From assembly GCA_965216355.1 (NCBI GenBank), contig CBDCFR010000012.1, forward strand, positions 1,017,065-1,081,064: DNA of 64,000 nucleotides, written 5' to 3'. Positions 43,770-53,473 of this stretch are shown here, one piece after another (within the stretch, counting starts at the first letter, position 1; each line of letters begins with the position of its first letter). The notes below the pieces were generated by a model. It made no database searches, was not told the DNA's origin, and saw only the letters and a program-made list of their open reading frames with translations. This DNA is from Acidimicrobiales bacterium. GTDB taxonomy: Bacteria; Actinomycetota; Acidimicrobiia; Acidimicrobiales; SZUA-35. The position numbers and the translations under genes were made by a program.

Positions 43770-46738
43770 CGGCAGTTGCTCCGGTCTCGGAACCTGAGCT
43801 GGCTCGGCTGTTAACCCGCCACCTCACGTTCGTGGAGGGCGATCCGGCCCGGCAGTCGTGGTTCGCATGCTGGGACCCCGAGGCGCCCGGCGGCCTCGGC
43901 GAGAGTCCCGTGTTCCCCACCGATTCGGTGAACCTGCGGATCCCCTCGACCAGGGGTACAAAGGTCACCACGATCAGCGCCCAACGTCTCGAATTGGTCG
44001 ATGCCATCGATCTTCTAGCACAGGTGCGGCACGATGATCCGGTGTCGGCCAGCGCCCGGGCGTGGGCCGCGATCGTACGGGCGGCCCTAAGTTTTGTGGC
44101 CGAGGGCCGGGTGCTGCCCTGGATCTCGCCCGACGGCTATGACACCTGGCGAGTCGACCCGCTCTCGTCACGGCAGCTGGCCCTGGTAACCGAGCTGGCC
44201 GCGGCGTTGCCTCCCGAGGCTCATGCGACGGTCGCCGGTTCCAGACTTATCAGCGATCCGGGCTACGCCGTGCGAGCGGCTTGTGACGCGGTGGCCGATC
44301 GGCTGTTGCGCACCCCGGCCGCCCACCGGGTTGGTTCGCTCACGCTTTTTGCCGACAACAGCGCAACCAAGGCGCAGCAACTTCGACCGTGGGTCCGCGA
44401 CCTGGCCGCTGCTCATTGCGCCAGCTCCCGATTGACCCTGCAGATCCATCCGCCGGAGCCGGAACCCGAGACCGGCGAGGGCTCTGAGTGGACCGTTCGC
44501 TTCCAACTACGATCGGTGGCCGACCCCTCGTTGGTGATCGACGCCGCCGACTACTGGACCGCACCGACCGAGGTGATGGCCCGACTCGGCGAACAGGCCG
44601 AAGTCACGCTCCTGGCCGGGTTACGTCGGCTAGGTCATCTTGTGCCGCCGCTGGAACCGGCGCTGGATCAGGTTGCTCCCACCGAGGCATTCCTCAACGA
44701 CGACGATCTCGACCTTCTACTCGACGCCCTCGACGAGTTGTTCGAACACGGCATCGATGTGCGCTGGCCTGCCGAGCTGGTGGCGCCCCGCATCGAGCGG
44801 CGGGTGGTGGCGTCAACCTCACCGGCGGCCCCGGCGGGGTCGCTGGCTCCGGTGCTCGACATGGAAAGCCTGCTCACCGTCGACTGGGAGTTCCTGCTCG
44901 ACGGGATGGCGCTAACGTCTGACGAGCTCAAGGTTCTGAGTGAGGCAAAACGCTCGGTCGTGCCGTTGAGAGGCCGTTGGGTTCGACTCGACCAAGCCGA
45001 CCGGGAGAGGCTCAAGGCCCGTCCTCCGAAGCTGACCGTCGGCGACCTCCTGGCTGCTGCGCTTTCGGACGATCAGCAGATCGAGCTCGAAGGTCTCGAC
45101 GAGTTCGAGCATCTCGACCCTGGCGATCGAGATGCCGACGACCTGGATGCCGACGATCGAGTGACGCTGCGACTCGACGGGTCGTTGTCGGATCTGGTCG
45201 ATCGGTTGGCGGCGCTGGCCGGGGGCCGGGAGCAACCGGAGCCAAAGGCGCTCAAGGCCGAGCTTCGTCCCTATCAGCGGCGAGGTTTGGCGTGGATGGC
45301 CGACCTTTGTGCTCTCGGAGTGGGTGGCTGCCTGGCCGACGACATGGGCCTCGGAAAGACGATTCAGGTGTTGGCCCTTCACGCTCACCGCCACGAGCAG
45401 GGGGAGCAGGACGAGGGAGAGCAGAAGGAGGGAGAGCACGAGCAGCCGGGCCCGACGCTGGTGGTCTGCCCCACGTCGCTCATCGGCAACTGGGAACGGG
45501 AAGCGGAGAAGTTCGTGCCCGACGTCCCGGTGCGGATCTATCACGGCGCCAGCCGTTCACTCGATGAGGTCAAACCCGATGAGATCGTGCTCACCAGCTA
45601 CGGGGTTGTTCGGGGAGATCACGAGCAGCTGGCCACAATCGACTGGGGTCTTGTGGCCGCCGACGAAGCTCAACAAGCCAAGAACCCCCGGTCGTCAACG
45701 GCTCGGGCGTTGCGGGCGATACCGGCCAAGTCCCGGCTGGCTCTCACCGGCACGCCGGTTGAAAACCGCCTAAGTGAGCTGTGGTCGATCTTCGACTGGG
45801 CCGTGCCCGGTCTGCTGGGCCCGTTGGCCACGTTTCGTCGAACCACAGCGGTGCCGATCGAACGTGACGCCGACCCGAAAGCCACCGCCAAACTGGCCGC
45901 CCTCCTCCGCCCGTTCCTGCTCCGTCGACACAAGACCGACCCCGGTATCGCCCCCGAACTGCCACCGAAGATCGAGCGAAACGTGGTGGTGCCGCTCTCT
46001 CCGGAACAGGCCACCCTGTATAAGGCCACAGTCGACGACACCTTGGCCGAAATCGCCGAGGCCGAGGGCATTCAGCGCAAGGGAATGGTGCTGGCGCTGT
46101 TGACCAAACTCAAACAGATCACCAACCATCCGGCCCAGTTCCTGGGCGAGACCGGGGAGCCCAACCGGCTTCCCGATCGCTCGGGCAAACTCGACGCCCT
46201 CGATGAGCTGCTGAACACCATCAAGGCCAACGGCGAATCAACCCTGATCTTCACCCAATACGTGGGTATGGGACGTCTGCTGGTGCAACATCTCCGGGAT
46301 CAGGGCACGGAGGTCGATCTGCTGCACGGTGGGCTATCGCGTCCCGCCCGGCAGCGGCTGGTCGACGGGTTCCAGGGTGGGGAAATGCCCGTGCTCGTGC
46401 TGTCGCTGAAGGCCGGGGGAACCGGGCTTAACCTCACTGCCGCCACCAACGTTGTGCACTACGACCGCTGGTGGAACCCGGCGGTGGAAGACCAGGCCAC
46501 CGACCGGGCCTACCGCATCGGCCAGGACCAGACCGTGACCGTGCACAGGCTGATCACCAGCGGAACGGTGGAAGACCGGGTGGCCGAGCTTCTCGAAACC
46601 AAACGAAAGCTGGCCTCCAAGGTGGTTGGGGCGGCAGGCAAAGGCTCTGAGGGTGAGGCCTGGATCGCCGAGCTGACCGACGAAGAGCTGAGCGCGTTGG
46701 TCGCCCTCGAAGAAACGGGAGGGGCGGCCGATGGCTAA
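43766..46738 (+). CDS. SNF2-family helicase/ATPase (HelZ-like)
   Basis: Motif I LADDMGLGKTIQ, motif II DEAQQAKN, motif III LTGTPVENRL, and the C-terminal helicase block GGTGLNLTAATNVVHYDRWWNPAVEDQATDRAYRIGQ. ATGA overlap with the SDR gene stop. Confidence 0.9.
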   Translation: MTAVAPVSEPELARLLTRHLTFVEGDPARQSWFACWDPEAPGGLGESPVFPTDSVNLRIPSTRGTKVTTISAQRLELVDAIDLLAQVRHDDPVSASARAWAAIVRAALSFVAEGRVLPWISPDGYDTWRVDPLSSRQLALVTELAAALPPEAHATVAGSRLISDPGYAVRAACDAVADRLLRTPAAHRVGSLTLFADNSATKAQQLRPWVRDLAAAHCASSRLTLQIHPPEPEPETGEGSEWTVRFQLRSVADPSLVIDAADYWTAPTEVMARLGEQAEVTLLAGLRRLGHLVPPLEPALDQVAPTEAFLNDDDLDLLLDALDELFEHGIDVRWPAELVAPRIERRVVASTSPAAPAGSLAPVLDMESLLTVDWEFLLDGMALTSDELKVLSEAKRSVVPLRGRWVRLDQADRERLKARPPKLTVGDLLAAALSDDQQIELEGLDEFEHLDPGDRDADDLDADDRVTLRLDGSLSDLVDRLAALAGGREQPEPKALKAELRPYQRRGLAWMADLCALGVGGCLADDMGLGKTIQVLALHAHRHEQGEQDEGEQKEGEHEQPGPTLVVCPTSLIGNWEREAEKFVPDVPVRIYHGASRSLDEVKPDEIVLTSYGVVRGDHEQLATIDWGLVAADEAQQAKNPRSSTARALRAIPAKSRLALTGTPVENRLSELWSIFDWAVPGLLGPLATFRRTTAVPIERDADPKATAKLAALLRPFLLRRHKTDPGIAPELPPKIERNVVVPLSPEQATLYKATVDDTLAEIAEAEGIQRKGMVLALLTKLKQITNHPAQFLGETGEPNRLPDRSGKLDALDELLNTIKANGESTLIFTQYVGMGRLLVQHLRDQGTEVDLLHGGLSRPARQRLVDGFQGGEMPVLVLSLKAGGTGLNLTAATNVVHYDRWWNPAVEDQATDRAYRIGQDQTVTVHRLITSGTVEDRVAELLETKRKLASKVVGAAGKGSEGEAWIAELTDEELSALVALEETGGAADG

Positions 46739-47909
46739 AGTCAAGCAATTCGGGAACACCTGGTGGGGCGAGGCCTGGCTTGATGCGTTGGAGAATCGAG
46801 CCCTCGTCGATCCCAATCGTCTGCCCCGAGGACGGACCTACGCCCGCAAGGGCCTGGTGCTGAACCCAGAAGTGGAGCCAGGGCTATTGGCGGCCGAGGT
46901 GGAAGGCACCGAGATCTACCGCACCTCGCTTGGCGTGCGGCGATTGTCGGACGAGGAGTGGGATGGGCTACTCGATCGGGTCACCGCTCAGGCGAAACTC
47001 GCGGCGGCGCTGCTGGCCGGCGAGGTTCCCCAGGAGCTCCAAGACCTCTTGCTGCCCGGGGCCGGCGATCTGAACCCCGACTGCTCGTGCCCCGACTGGG
47101 CCGAACCGTGCAAACACGCGGCCGCACTTTGTTACGTGGCCGCCGACGTGTTCGACGCCGATCCGTTTGCCCTGTTGCTACTACGGGGACGGGGCCGTGA
47201 TCAGGTGTTGACCGAGCTGAGGCGGCGTCGAGCGGCCGCCCTTGGGGTGGAGAATGCCGATGGGCAGGTGTCGCATCACCCCCGAGGCGCTGATTCCGGC
47301 GTGAACGCCGCCGATGCCTACCGACGATGGCGCACACTTACCGCCGCTGAATCGGCGCCCTTGCCGCCGTCGGTGGCCGTGCCCGGCCGGGCCCGCAACA
47401 TGGCACCGCTCGCCGTCGCTCCACCGGCCGATTCCGGCATCGACGAGCGTGAGCTACGAGCGTTGGTGGCCGACGGGGCCCGTCGAGCGGTGGCAATGCT
47501 GGCCGGGGAGGGGTCGAGCAGCCTTGCGCTGACCGTCGGGGCCGACGTTGCCCGGCGAGCCATCGACGGGGACGTCACGGCGATTGCTGCCGCCACCGGT
47601 CTGCCGGCCGATGAACTGGCGGCGGCCGCGTTGGCCTTTAAACACGGAGGCCCGGACGGTATGGCGGTGGCCAGGGGTCGCTGGAACCCATCGTCCGATC
47701 AGCTCGCCCGTGGCGTCGAGGCCATGAACGACTGGGCCACGCGCCAGCTGTCGGGGCTTCGGGTGGTGGCCCGAGCCAACACTGTCAGCGCCGGTGCCGT
47801 GCAGCTCCGTCTCGATGAACACGGCAACTGGTGGCGTTTCGCCAGCGACGACTCGCTCGGCTGGGTGGTGGCCGCTCCCCCGTCCAGCGACCCGGCCGAA
47901 CTGCTGTAA
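46731..47909 (+). CDS. SWIM zinc-finger protein (partner of the SNF2 helicase)
   Basis: CxCx(n)CxH motif CSCPDWAEPCKHAAALC. The N-terminus FGNTWWGEAWLDALE is typical of SWIM partners. Its start overlaps the SNF2 stop by 8 nt, with GGGAGG upstream. Confidence 0.85.
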   Translation: MAKVKQFGNTWWGEAWLDALENRALVDPNRLPRGRTYARKGLVLNPEVEPGLLAAEVEGTEIYRTSLGVRRLSDEEWDGLLDRVTAQAKLAAALLAGEVPQELQDLLLPGAGDLNPDCSCPDWAEPCKHAAALCYVAADVFDADPFALLLLRGRGRDQVLTELRRRRAAALGVENADGQVSHHPRGADSGVNAADAYRRWRTLTAAESAPLPPSVAVPGRARNMAPLAVAPPADSGIDERELRALVADGARRAVAMLAGEGSSSLALTVGADVARRAIDGDVTAIAAATGLPADELAAAALAFKHGGPDGMAVARGRWNPSSDQLARGVEAMNDWATRQLSGLRVVARANTVSAGAVQLRLDEHGNWWRFASDDSLGWVVAAPPSSDPAELL

Positions 47910-47934
47910 CCGCTGCGTACACGGCCAATAGGGG

Positions 47935-47960
47935 AATCCCCCAACGCGATTTGGGGGATT
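47935..47960 (+). terminator. Stem-loop terminator candidate after the SWIM gene
   Basis: aatcccccaa-cgcgat-ttgggggatt: a perfect 10-bp stem with a 6-nt loop, followed by t. Confidence 0.55.
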
Positions 47961-48002
47961 TCCAGGATTCGCCGCGGCCGGGCGGAAATCGATCATTGAA
48001 AC

Positions 48003-49760
48003 ATGACCGAACAACCTCCCACACAGCCTCCAGTTTCGCAGCCCGCTACTTCACAGATCCTTGCCGATCAACCACCTCCTCCGGATCCGGCAAGCCGACA
48101 ACTCAGTCCGCCACCACCTTCCAACCCGCCACCACCCAGCCCACCGCCACCCTCGGGCCCAGGGTCGGGTCCCGGTGAAGGGTTCGACGTACTGGCCGCA
48201 ATAATGCGGTGGGTCGGCCCCGCCTTCATCGTGCTCGGCATGATCTATGGTGCCGTCTACCTGGTGGAGACCGACATGTTCGGCCCACCTGAGCGGCTCG
48301 TGGCCGGCATCGTCGTGACCCTCGGTTTCGGCTGGCTGGGCCAGTACTTCATTCGCCGAGGCCAAAAGCTCCTGGGTGAGCTGGTGACCGGCACGTTCTT
48401 CGCCGGCGCATTTCTCTGTGCCTGGGCGGTACCGGCGGTGACCGGATGGGCGATCGGCACGTCGATCCTCCTATCGCTGATCGTCGGCCTCCTGGCGCTC
48501 GGCTACTCGTGGATGCGTAACGATTCCACCACGTTTGCCGTCGGCGTGGTCGGCCTGGCCGGCATCCCGATCTCCGGACCCCTCTACTCCGACTTCCGAT
48601 TCCTTCAGACGGTCGAAGACATCTACGGCGAACCACAGATGATCGCACCGTTGGCGCTCCTCGCGGTCGCCGCCCTCGGCCTCCGGCTGGCCAAAGGCTG
48701 GTTCATGCCGTGGGCACTCACCAACACCGCGTTGTTCCTGAGCTACGGCTACGTCATTGACGACGCGTCCGGTCGCACCGGGGCGGCTGTTCTCATGACC
48801 TCGATCATTGCCGCTTCGTCGCTGCTGGGTGTGGTGCGTGGTGACGTGGACGACGAGTCGGTGCTGCAACGTTACCTCGATCCGCTGTTCCGCTTGGTCG
48901 ACGCCGCCGCTCCGATACTGGCCTTGCTGCCGGTATGGCTCCTCGTCGACGATCTCGGGCTGAGCCGCATGGGCGAACGATTGAGCATGGTCGCCTGGGC
49001 CGCGCTTGCCGCCGGTTTGGCTCTGACCCTCTATCGCAGCCTGGACGGAGCCCGGGGACGTCAAGTCGGGGCCTTCATCTCGGCGTTCATCGCGCTGCTG
49101 ATCGCCATCGGCAACCTCAACTGGTACGTCTACGTGGTGCTGCTGGCCGCGGCCTTCGTCGTGTCGATTGCCGCCGGCAAAAGCCTGACCGACGACGGGA
49201 ACGAGGTGGAAACGGCGCCGGACGGCACGCCCGACACGGCTGCGACGTTCCTCAACCTGATCCAGATCATGCTCGGCTCGGCCACCGCCATCGGCTTGCT
49301 GATGATGATGGCCAACGGCCTCGACGGTCCACTGGCCGACGACATTCCCACGCTGCTCTCGGCCTGGGCCGCCGTCGCCCTGTTCGGCTTCGGCTTCTAC
49401 CTGCGACCCGAACTGCGGGACTCCTGGGGAGTGCCCTACACCATGGCGCTCGGCATGCTGGCCGCCAGCCTCGGTGGCGAACCGGTCACGCTGATGGTCA
49501 CGTCAGGCGGCTGGCTGCTCGCCGGGTATGCGGCGGTGAAGTTCGGCCTGACCCGCGGCAACCGCACCGCAGCGGTGATCGGGTTGTCGACGATCGGTAT
49601 CGCCATCGGCAAGTTCCTTCTGGTCGATACCCCGCAGTTCGACGGGAACCTGATGCGAGCCGTGTCGTTCCTGGTGGCCGGCCTGGTGATCGTGTTGGTC
49701 TCGGCCAATTCGACGGAGCTACGCAAGCTTGTGCTGACTCCAAGAACGTCGGCGTCATGA
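48003..49760 (+). CDS. Polytopic membrane protein (DUF2339-like), Pro-rich N-terminus
   Basis: 585 aa with more than 12 predicted hydrophobic helices. The N-terminal ~55 aa is Pro-rich (PPPPDPASRQLSPPPPSNPPPPSPPPPSGP). The family assignment is from memory of overall architecture only. Confidence 0.6.
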   Translation: MTEQPPTQPPVSQPATSQILADQPPPPDPASRQLSPPPPSNPPPPSPPPPSGPGSGPGEGFDVLAAIMRWVGPAFIVLGMIYGAVYLVETDMFGPPERLVAGIVVTLGFGWLGQYFIRRGQKLLGELVTGTFFAGAFLCAWAVPAVTGWAIGTSILLSLIVGLLALGYSWMRNDSTTFAVGVVGLAGIPISGPLYSDFRFLQTVEDIYGEPQMIAPLALLAVAALGLRLAKGWFMPWALTNTALFLSYGYVIDDASGRTGAAVLMTSIIAASSLLGVVRGDVDDESVLQRYLDPLFRLVDAAAPILALLPVWLLVDDLGLSRMGERLSMVAWAALAAGLALTLYRSLDGARGRQVGAFISAFIALLIAIGNLNWYVYVVLLAAAFVVSIAAGKSLTDDGNEVETAPDGTPDTAATFLNLIQIMLGSATAIGLLMMMANGLDGPLADDIPTLLSAWAAVALFGFGFYLRPELRDSWGVPYTMALGMLAASLGGEPVTLMVTSGGWLLAGYAAVKFGLTRGNRTAAVIGLSTIGIAIGKFLLVDTPQFDGNLMRAVSFLVAGLVIVLVSANSTELRKLVLTPRTSAS

Positions 49761-49792
49761 CAAATGGTTCGGTCATCTGACGCCGATTGACA

Positions 49793-49834
49793 AAGACCCC
49801 TGGGTTCGAGCCTGCACCTCGGCCCAGGGGTCTT
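49793..49834. terminator. Bidirectional stem-loop between convergent genes
   Basis: aagacccctggg-(18 nt)-cccaggggtctt: a perfect 12-bp stem, followed by ctgttt on the + strand. Confidence 0.6.
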
Positions 49835-49849
49835 CTGTTTGAATTGGGC

Positions 49850-51076
49850 CTAGATGGGCCTGGTCAGCACAACCGGCTCCAAACCGTTTTGGGGCCAAGC
49901 CAGAATCTGTGACGGGCCAGACGTCAACCCGAGAAGCGGCGCCGGCAGCACTGAGGGACCGGATTCAAGTGGTGTCAGCGTCTTGGCGTCGAACCAGGCC
50001 ACCTGGTCGCCGATGCCCATGGCCACGGCGCCGCCGGCGAGGGCGAGGTGCACGGCATCCAACGGCAGGACGGCATCGACGGCCATCCGCTTGTAGGCCT
50101 GGAGAAAGGGCACCGGGAGCTCGACCACGTCGGTAACGGTCAGGGAGGTGGTGGAGGCGTAGGCGATTTGTCCGCTCGTGCCGGCGTTGAGATCGAGCAC
50201 GGCGATGGTGGTCTCGGTCACCGCGAGGGCGGTGACGTCGAGAGAGCCGCTACCGAACGTGGGTGGCAGATCAAGACAGAACGCCCATTCCTCTCTCAGA
50301 TCCAGTACGTGCACGAAACCGCGGGCCGCTGCCTCACCACCGTCGGAATGGGTGTGGGCATGCGAGTCTTGGCGGGTGTACAGGGTGTAAAGCCGATCGT
50401 CGCCCAGACCCCAAACCTGCCGTCCGCCGATGCCGTTCATGTCTTCTTCGAGCGGCACTTTGGTCGGCCCGAGCATTTGGCCCATGACTCCGGTGGCCAG
50501 GTTGAGCGGCCGCACCCGGTACGTGCCGGGGGCGTGGCTGGCCCCGTGATCGATCACAAACAAGGTTTGGCCATCGGTGGAGAACGCTTCCGGTTCCACC
50601 AAGCGATCGAACTCGAACCGGTGTGGTTCCTCACCGTCGCGGTTGGCAACCAATACCTCGCTGGAGGCGCTGTCGGCTGCAACCTGCACGAGTGCGGCTT
50701 TGGTGCCGTCGGTCGACAACGCTCGCAGCTCGAACCCAGGAGAAAGCTTGGTCGGGTGGTCGCCGGGGTCGAACACCAATATGTTGTCGACAACGGTGGC
50801 CACGGCGGACGCGTCGTAGTTCGCCAGTGAGGTTGTCGAATCGAATCCCGAATTGGAGACTCCGGTCGGGAGTGGGGGTTGACCGGCGGCACTTGTGGGC
50901 CCGACGTACGCCACCTCGCCGACTTCTTGGTGGCCACCGACATTGACCGCCACAATCACCGCCAGGGCAAACCCGGCCGCCAGTATCGGAAGGAGGACTT
51001 GAGTGCGCCATCCACGCTGGACAACGTCATTGGTTGTGACTTCGGTGGATTCGAGAGTCTGAACAGTCAGGGTCAT
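49850..51076 (-). CDS. Membrane-anchored extracytoplasmic protein, beta-propeller-like (hypothetical)
   Basis: N-terminal TM VLLPILAAGFALAVIVAV. The body is rich in short beta-strand repeats (STDG..., LYTLY..). It is the last gene of the sigma/anti-sigma operon. Confidence 0.6.
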   Translation of the reverse strand: MTLTVQTLESTEVTTNDVVQRGWRTQVLLPILAAGFALAVIVAVNVGGHQEVGEVAYVGPTSAAGQPPLPTGVSNSGFDSTTSLANYDASAVATVVDNILVFDPGDHPTKLSPGFELRALSTDGTKAALVQVAADSASSEVLVANRDGEEPHRFEFDRLVEPEAFSTDGQTLFVIDHGASHAPGTYRVRPLNLATGVMGQMLGPTKVPLEEDMNGIGGRQVWGLGDDRLYTLYTRQDSHAHTHSDGGEAAARGFVHVLDLREEWAFCLDLPPTFGSGSLDVTALAVTETTIAVLDLNAGTSGQIAYASTTSLTVTDVVELPVPFLQAYKRMAVDAVLPLDAVHLALAGGAVAMGIGDQVAWFDAKTLTPLESGPSVLPAPLLGLTSGPSQILAWPQNGLEPVVLTRPI

Positions 51077-51084
51077 GCCCTGAA

Positions 51085-51882
51085 CTACTCCGCAGCCGCC
51101 AGCCTGGTTCCCTCAACCGTCTCGGCGGCCCATGTCAGGGCCTCGGCTTTGCCCGGTGCTCCCTCCAAGCGCAGCTCAACGTCATCGTCGACCCAGATCA
51201 GGACCGGCCCGGAGTCGACGGTCAGCTCAAGGTCCAACCCATCCACCGGGAATCGCAGCTCATGGGGTGCCCCAATCCAGACTCCCGGCAGCTGATCTTC
51301 ACTGGGTGATTGATGAGCGGGGGAAATCGTAACGAACTCCACGTCTTCGGCCGCGGCCAGCGATTTCACGCTGAGTATCGAACCGTCGGCGATGCGGGCG
51401 GAGAGGTGAACCTGGTTGCCGGCGCCGTCGTCCCAGATGTAGGTGCGACCACGCTGCGGATGATCGACCACATTGTCGGGGCGGCCTAGGGATTCGATGG
51501 GGGCGAAGTCGGGCAACGGCGCACCTGGTGCGGCTGCGAAGTCGTTGGTTCCGCCTTCACCGCTGTCGGTGCCGTCGGTGCGATCAGTGCCGCCGTCAAC
51601 CTCGAACCCCGTGGCTCCGATTCCGAACCAGTCGGCCACGGCCGGGCCGACCGGCGTGAACGCTGCGAGGCCCACGGCCAGTACCGCAGCGGCTGCTGCT
51701 GCCGTCAGGGTCAATCGCGGTAGGCATCGGCCAACGGGCTCGGTCGGCTGCGCCTCGTTGCCGTCATTGATGCGGCCCAGAACGTCAGCGACCATGTCGG
51801 TTTCGGGTAGATCCAGTCGACTCATCACGTCGACAAATCGGCTTTCAAGATCTGCGCTGTTCTCGTGTTGATCTTCGATCAT
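51085..51882 (-). CDS. Putative anti-sigma factor (single-pass membrane protein)
   Basis: Its start overlaps the sigma gene stop by 4 nt. It has a short N-terminal cytoplasmic segment, a TM (LTLTAAAAAAVLAVGLAAF) and a ~180-aa external domain. Confidence 0.55.
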   Translation of the reverse strand: MIEDQHENSADLESRFVDVMSRLDLPETDMVADVLGRINDGNEAQPTEPVGRCLPRLTLTAAAAAAVLAVGLAAFTPVGPAVADWFGIGATGFEVDGGTDRTDGTDSGEGGTNDFAAAPGAPLPDFAPIESLGRPDNVVDHPQRGRTYIWDDGAGNQVHLSARIADGSILSVKSLAAAEDVEFVTISPAHQSPSEDQLPGVWIGAPHELRFPVDGLDLELTVDSGPVLIWVDDDVELRLEGAPGKAEALTWAAETVEGTRLAAAE

Positions 51883-52475
51883 CGGTCGCTCGTCTCGCTC
51901 GTCTCGTTTTCAGCGCCTATCTCTCTGGTCATCTCGGCCCGCAGTCGACCCATCGCCCTACTGAGACGGGACTTCACGGTGCCAGGTGGGCAGTCGAGGG
52001 CTTCGGCCATTTCCGCCTCGGTCATCTGATCGAACCATCGGTACGTGAGGATGAGACGGTCGTCGGGACTCAGCTGGTTGATGGCCTCCACCACCTGCTG
52101 TCGGCGGTCGAGCAGAACCGCCACGTCGGCCGGGTCTTCGTCGGTCGCCGGCGCTTCGGGGCCGCTGCTTAGCGCCACTTTCATCCGCAGCTTGGCCCGG
52201 CGGGCTCCTGAACGTTGGCGGGTGCGGGCGGTGTTCACCACGATGCGGTAGAGCCATGGCTTGAAGGGAGCCGTGAGGTCGAATGTGGAAAGCGCATTGT
52301 GCACCTTGACGAAGGCGTCCTGGGCCACGTCGTCGGCGTCGGCTCCCGAACCCAATGCCATGGCGGCGATACGAACCGCATCGCGCTGATACCGGCCGAC
52401 GAGTCGACCGAACGACGCAGCGTCACCGGCGATGGCGGCCACGATCAGCTCATGATCCGATTCCATTGCAGACAT
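51879..52475 (-). CDS. ECF-type RNA polymerase sigma-70 family factor
   Basis: Region 2 DVAQDAFVKVHNALSTFDLTAPFKPWLYRIVVNTARTRQR and region 4 LSPDDRLILTYRWFDQMTEAEMAEALDCPPGTVKSRLSRAMGRLR. Confidence 0.9.
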   Translation of the reverse strand: MSAMESDHELIVAAIAGDAASFGRLVGRYQRDAVRIAAMALGSGADADDVAQDAFVKVHNALSTFDLTAPFKPWLYRIVVNTARTRQRSGARRAKLRMKVALSSGPEAPATDEDPADVAVLLDRRQQVVEAINQLSPDDRLILTYRWFDQMTEAEMAEALDCPPGTVKSRLSRAMGRLRAEMTREIGAENETSETSDR

Positions 52476-52525
52476 ATTTACATGTGTTGTACTCCACGGC
52501 GGGGTGATCGGTTCCCTAGGAGCCG

Positions 52526-53467
52526 CTAGGCGGAACCGATCTTCACTCGATTGGCCTCTTGGCGCAACGCTTCGGCCCGAGCCAGGGCATCCGGTTCAGC
52601 GGAGTAGACATCCTCGATGTGCTCCCAGCCGTCATCGGCGGAGGCCCGTATCCATCGGGCACGACGCTCGCTGATCAACCGCAACGACGTGCTTTCGAGC
52701 AGGGCATCGACATCACCGGCCGGGGGTTTCGAACCGCCGAGCTGAACGTATTCAAGGCAGTCCGATCCGGCCAGAACAGCGGTGCTCGCCAGCTTGCCCA
52801 TGTCGAGTTCGAAGGCCTTCAGGTTCGGCAGACCGGCGGCGGGCGATACATCGGCCACCCGATTGCAGTCGATGATCACGATCGACTCCAGCGCTTCGAC
52901 CTCAGCCAAGGCGCCGAGATCGGCCAACGGTGAACACGCTTCCAAGTGGAGTCGTTTCAGCCCGGATGCATGTTGGATTCCGTCGAGAGAGGCCAGCGAC
53001 CGAGAGTTGCTGATCGACAGGTCGGTCAGGCTCGGCACCCCGGCGAGACCGGCGAGATCCTTTTGCCTGTACCGACCGACCGAGATCCGCTGCAGAGTTT
53101 TGTGACCGTCGGCCCAGAGGCCGTCGAGTTGCCCCTTGTCGGGATCGATGGCCTCAAACCAAACGAGGTCGGGCAGTGCTCCAAGATCGAGTGAGCCCTT
53201 CCAACTGTCCAGCGACAGCCCCCGAAGCGACGTCATTTGATTGACGGCATCGGCCGCTGCCGGGGTGCTCACCACCACCAGATACTCGAGAGACAGGTCG
53301 GCCAGCTCACCTAGGTCGACCCCGTGGATCTCAAGTGCCTTGACCCGTCCGGCGGATACCTCCTGCCGGACGAGTTCAAGGTCGTCGGTTTGGTCCATGA
53401 CCCAAAGCCCACCGGCCTGCTCAATGCCTGGTCGCCGATCCGGGTGGTCTGCTTCTCGTCGCTGCAT
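52526..53467 (-). CDS. Leucine-rich-repeat protein; putative immunity protein for the RHS C-terminal nuclease
   Basis: ATG 53467 lies 7 nt after the RHS stop (TAA at 53476-53474); the ORF opens at TTG 53473. There is no signal peptide. About 22-aa LRR units: LTDLSISNSRSLASLDGIQHASGLKRLHLEACSPLADLGALAEVEALESIVIIDCNRVADVSPAAGLPNLKAFELD. Confidence 0.75.
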   Translation of the reverse strand: MQRREADHPDRRPGIEQAGGLWVMDQTDDLELVRQEVSAGRVKALEIHGVDLGELADLSLEYLVVVSTPAAADAVNQMTSLRGLSLDSWKGSLDLGALPDLVWFEAIDPDKGQLDGLWADGHKTLQRISVGRYRQKDLAGLAGVPSLTDLSISNSRSLASLDGIQHASGLKRLHLEACSPLADLGALAEVEALESIVIIDCNRVADVSPAAGLPNLKAFELDMGKLASTAVLAGSDCLEYVQLGGSKPPAGDVDALLESTSLRLISERRARWIRASADDGWEHIEDVYSAEPDALARAEALRQEANRVKIGSA

Positions 53468-53473
53468 GCTCAA

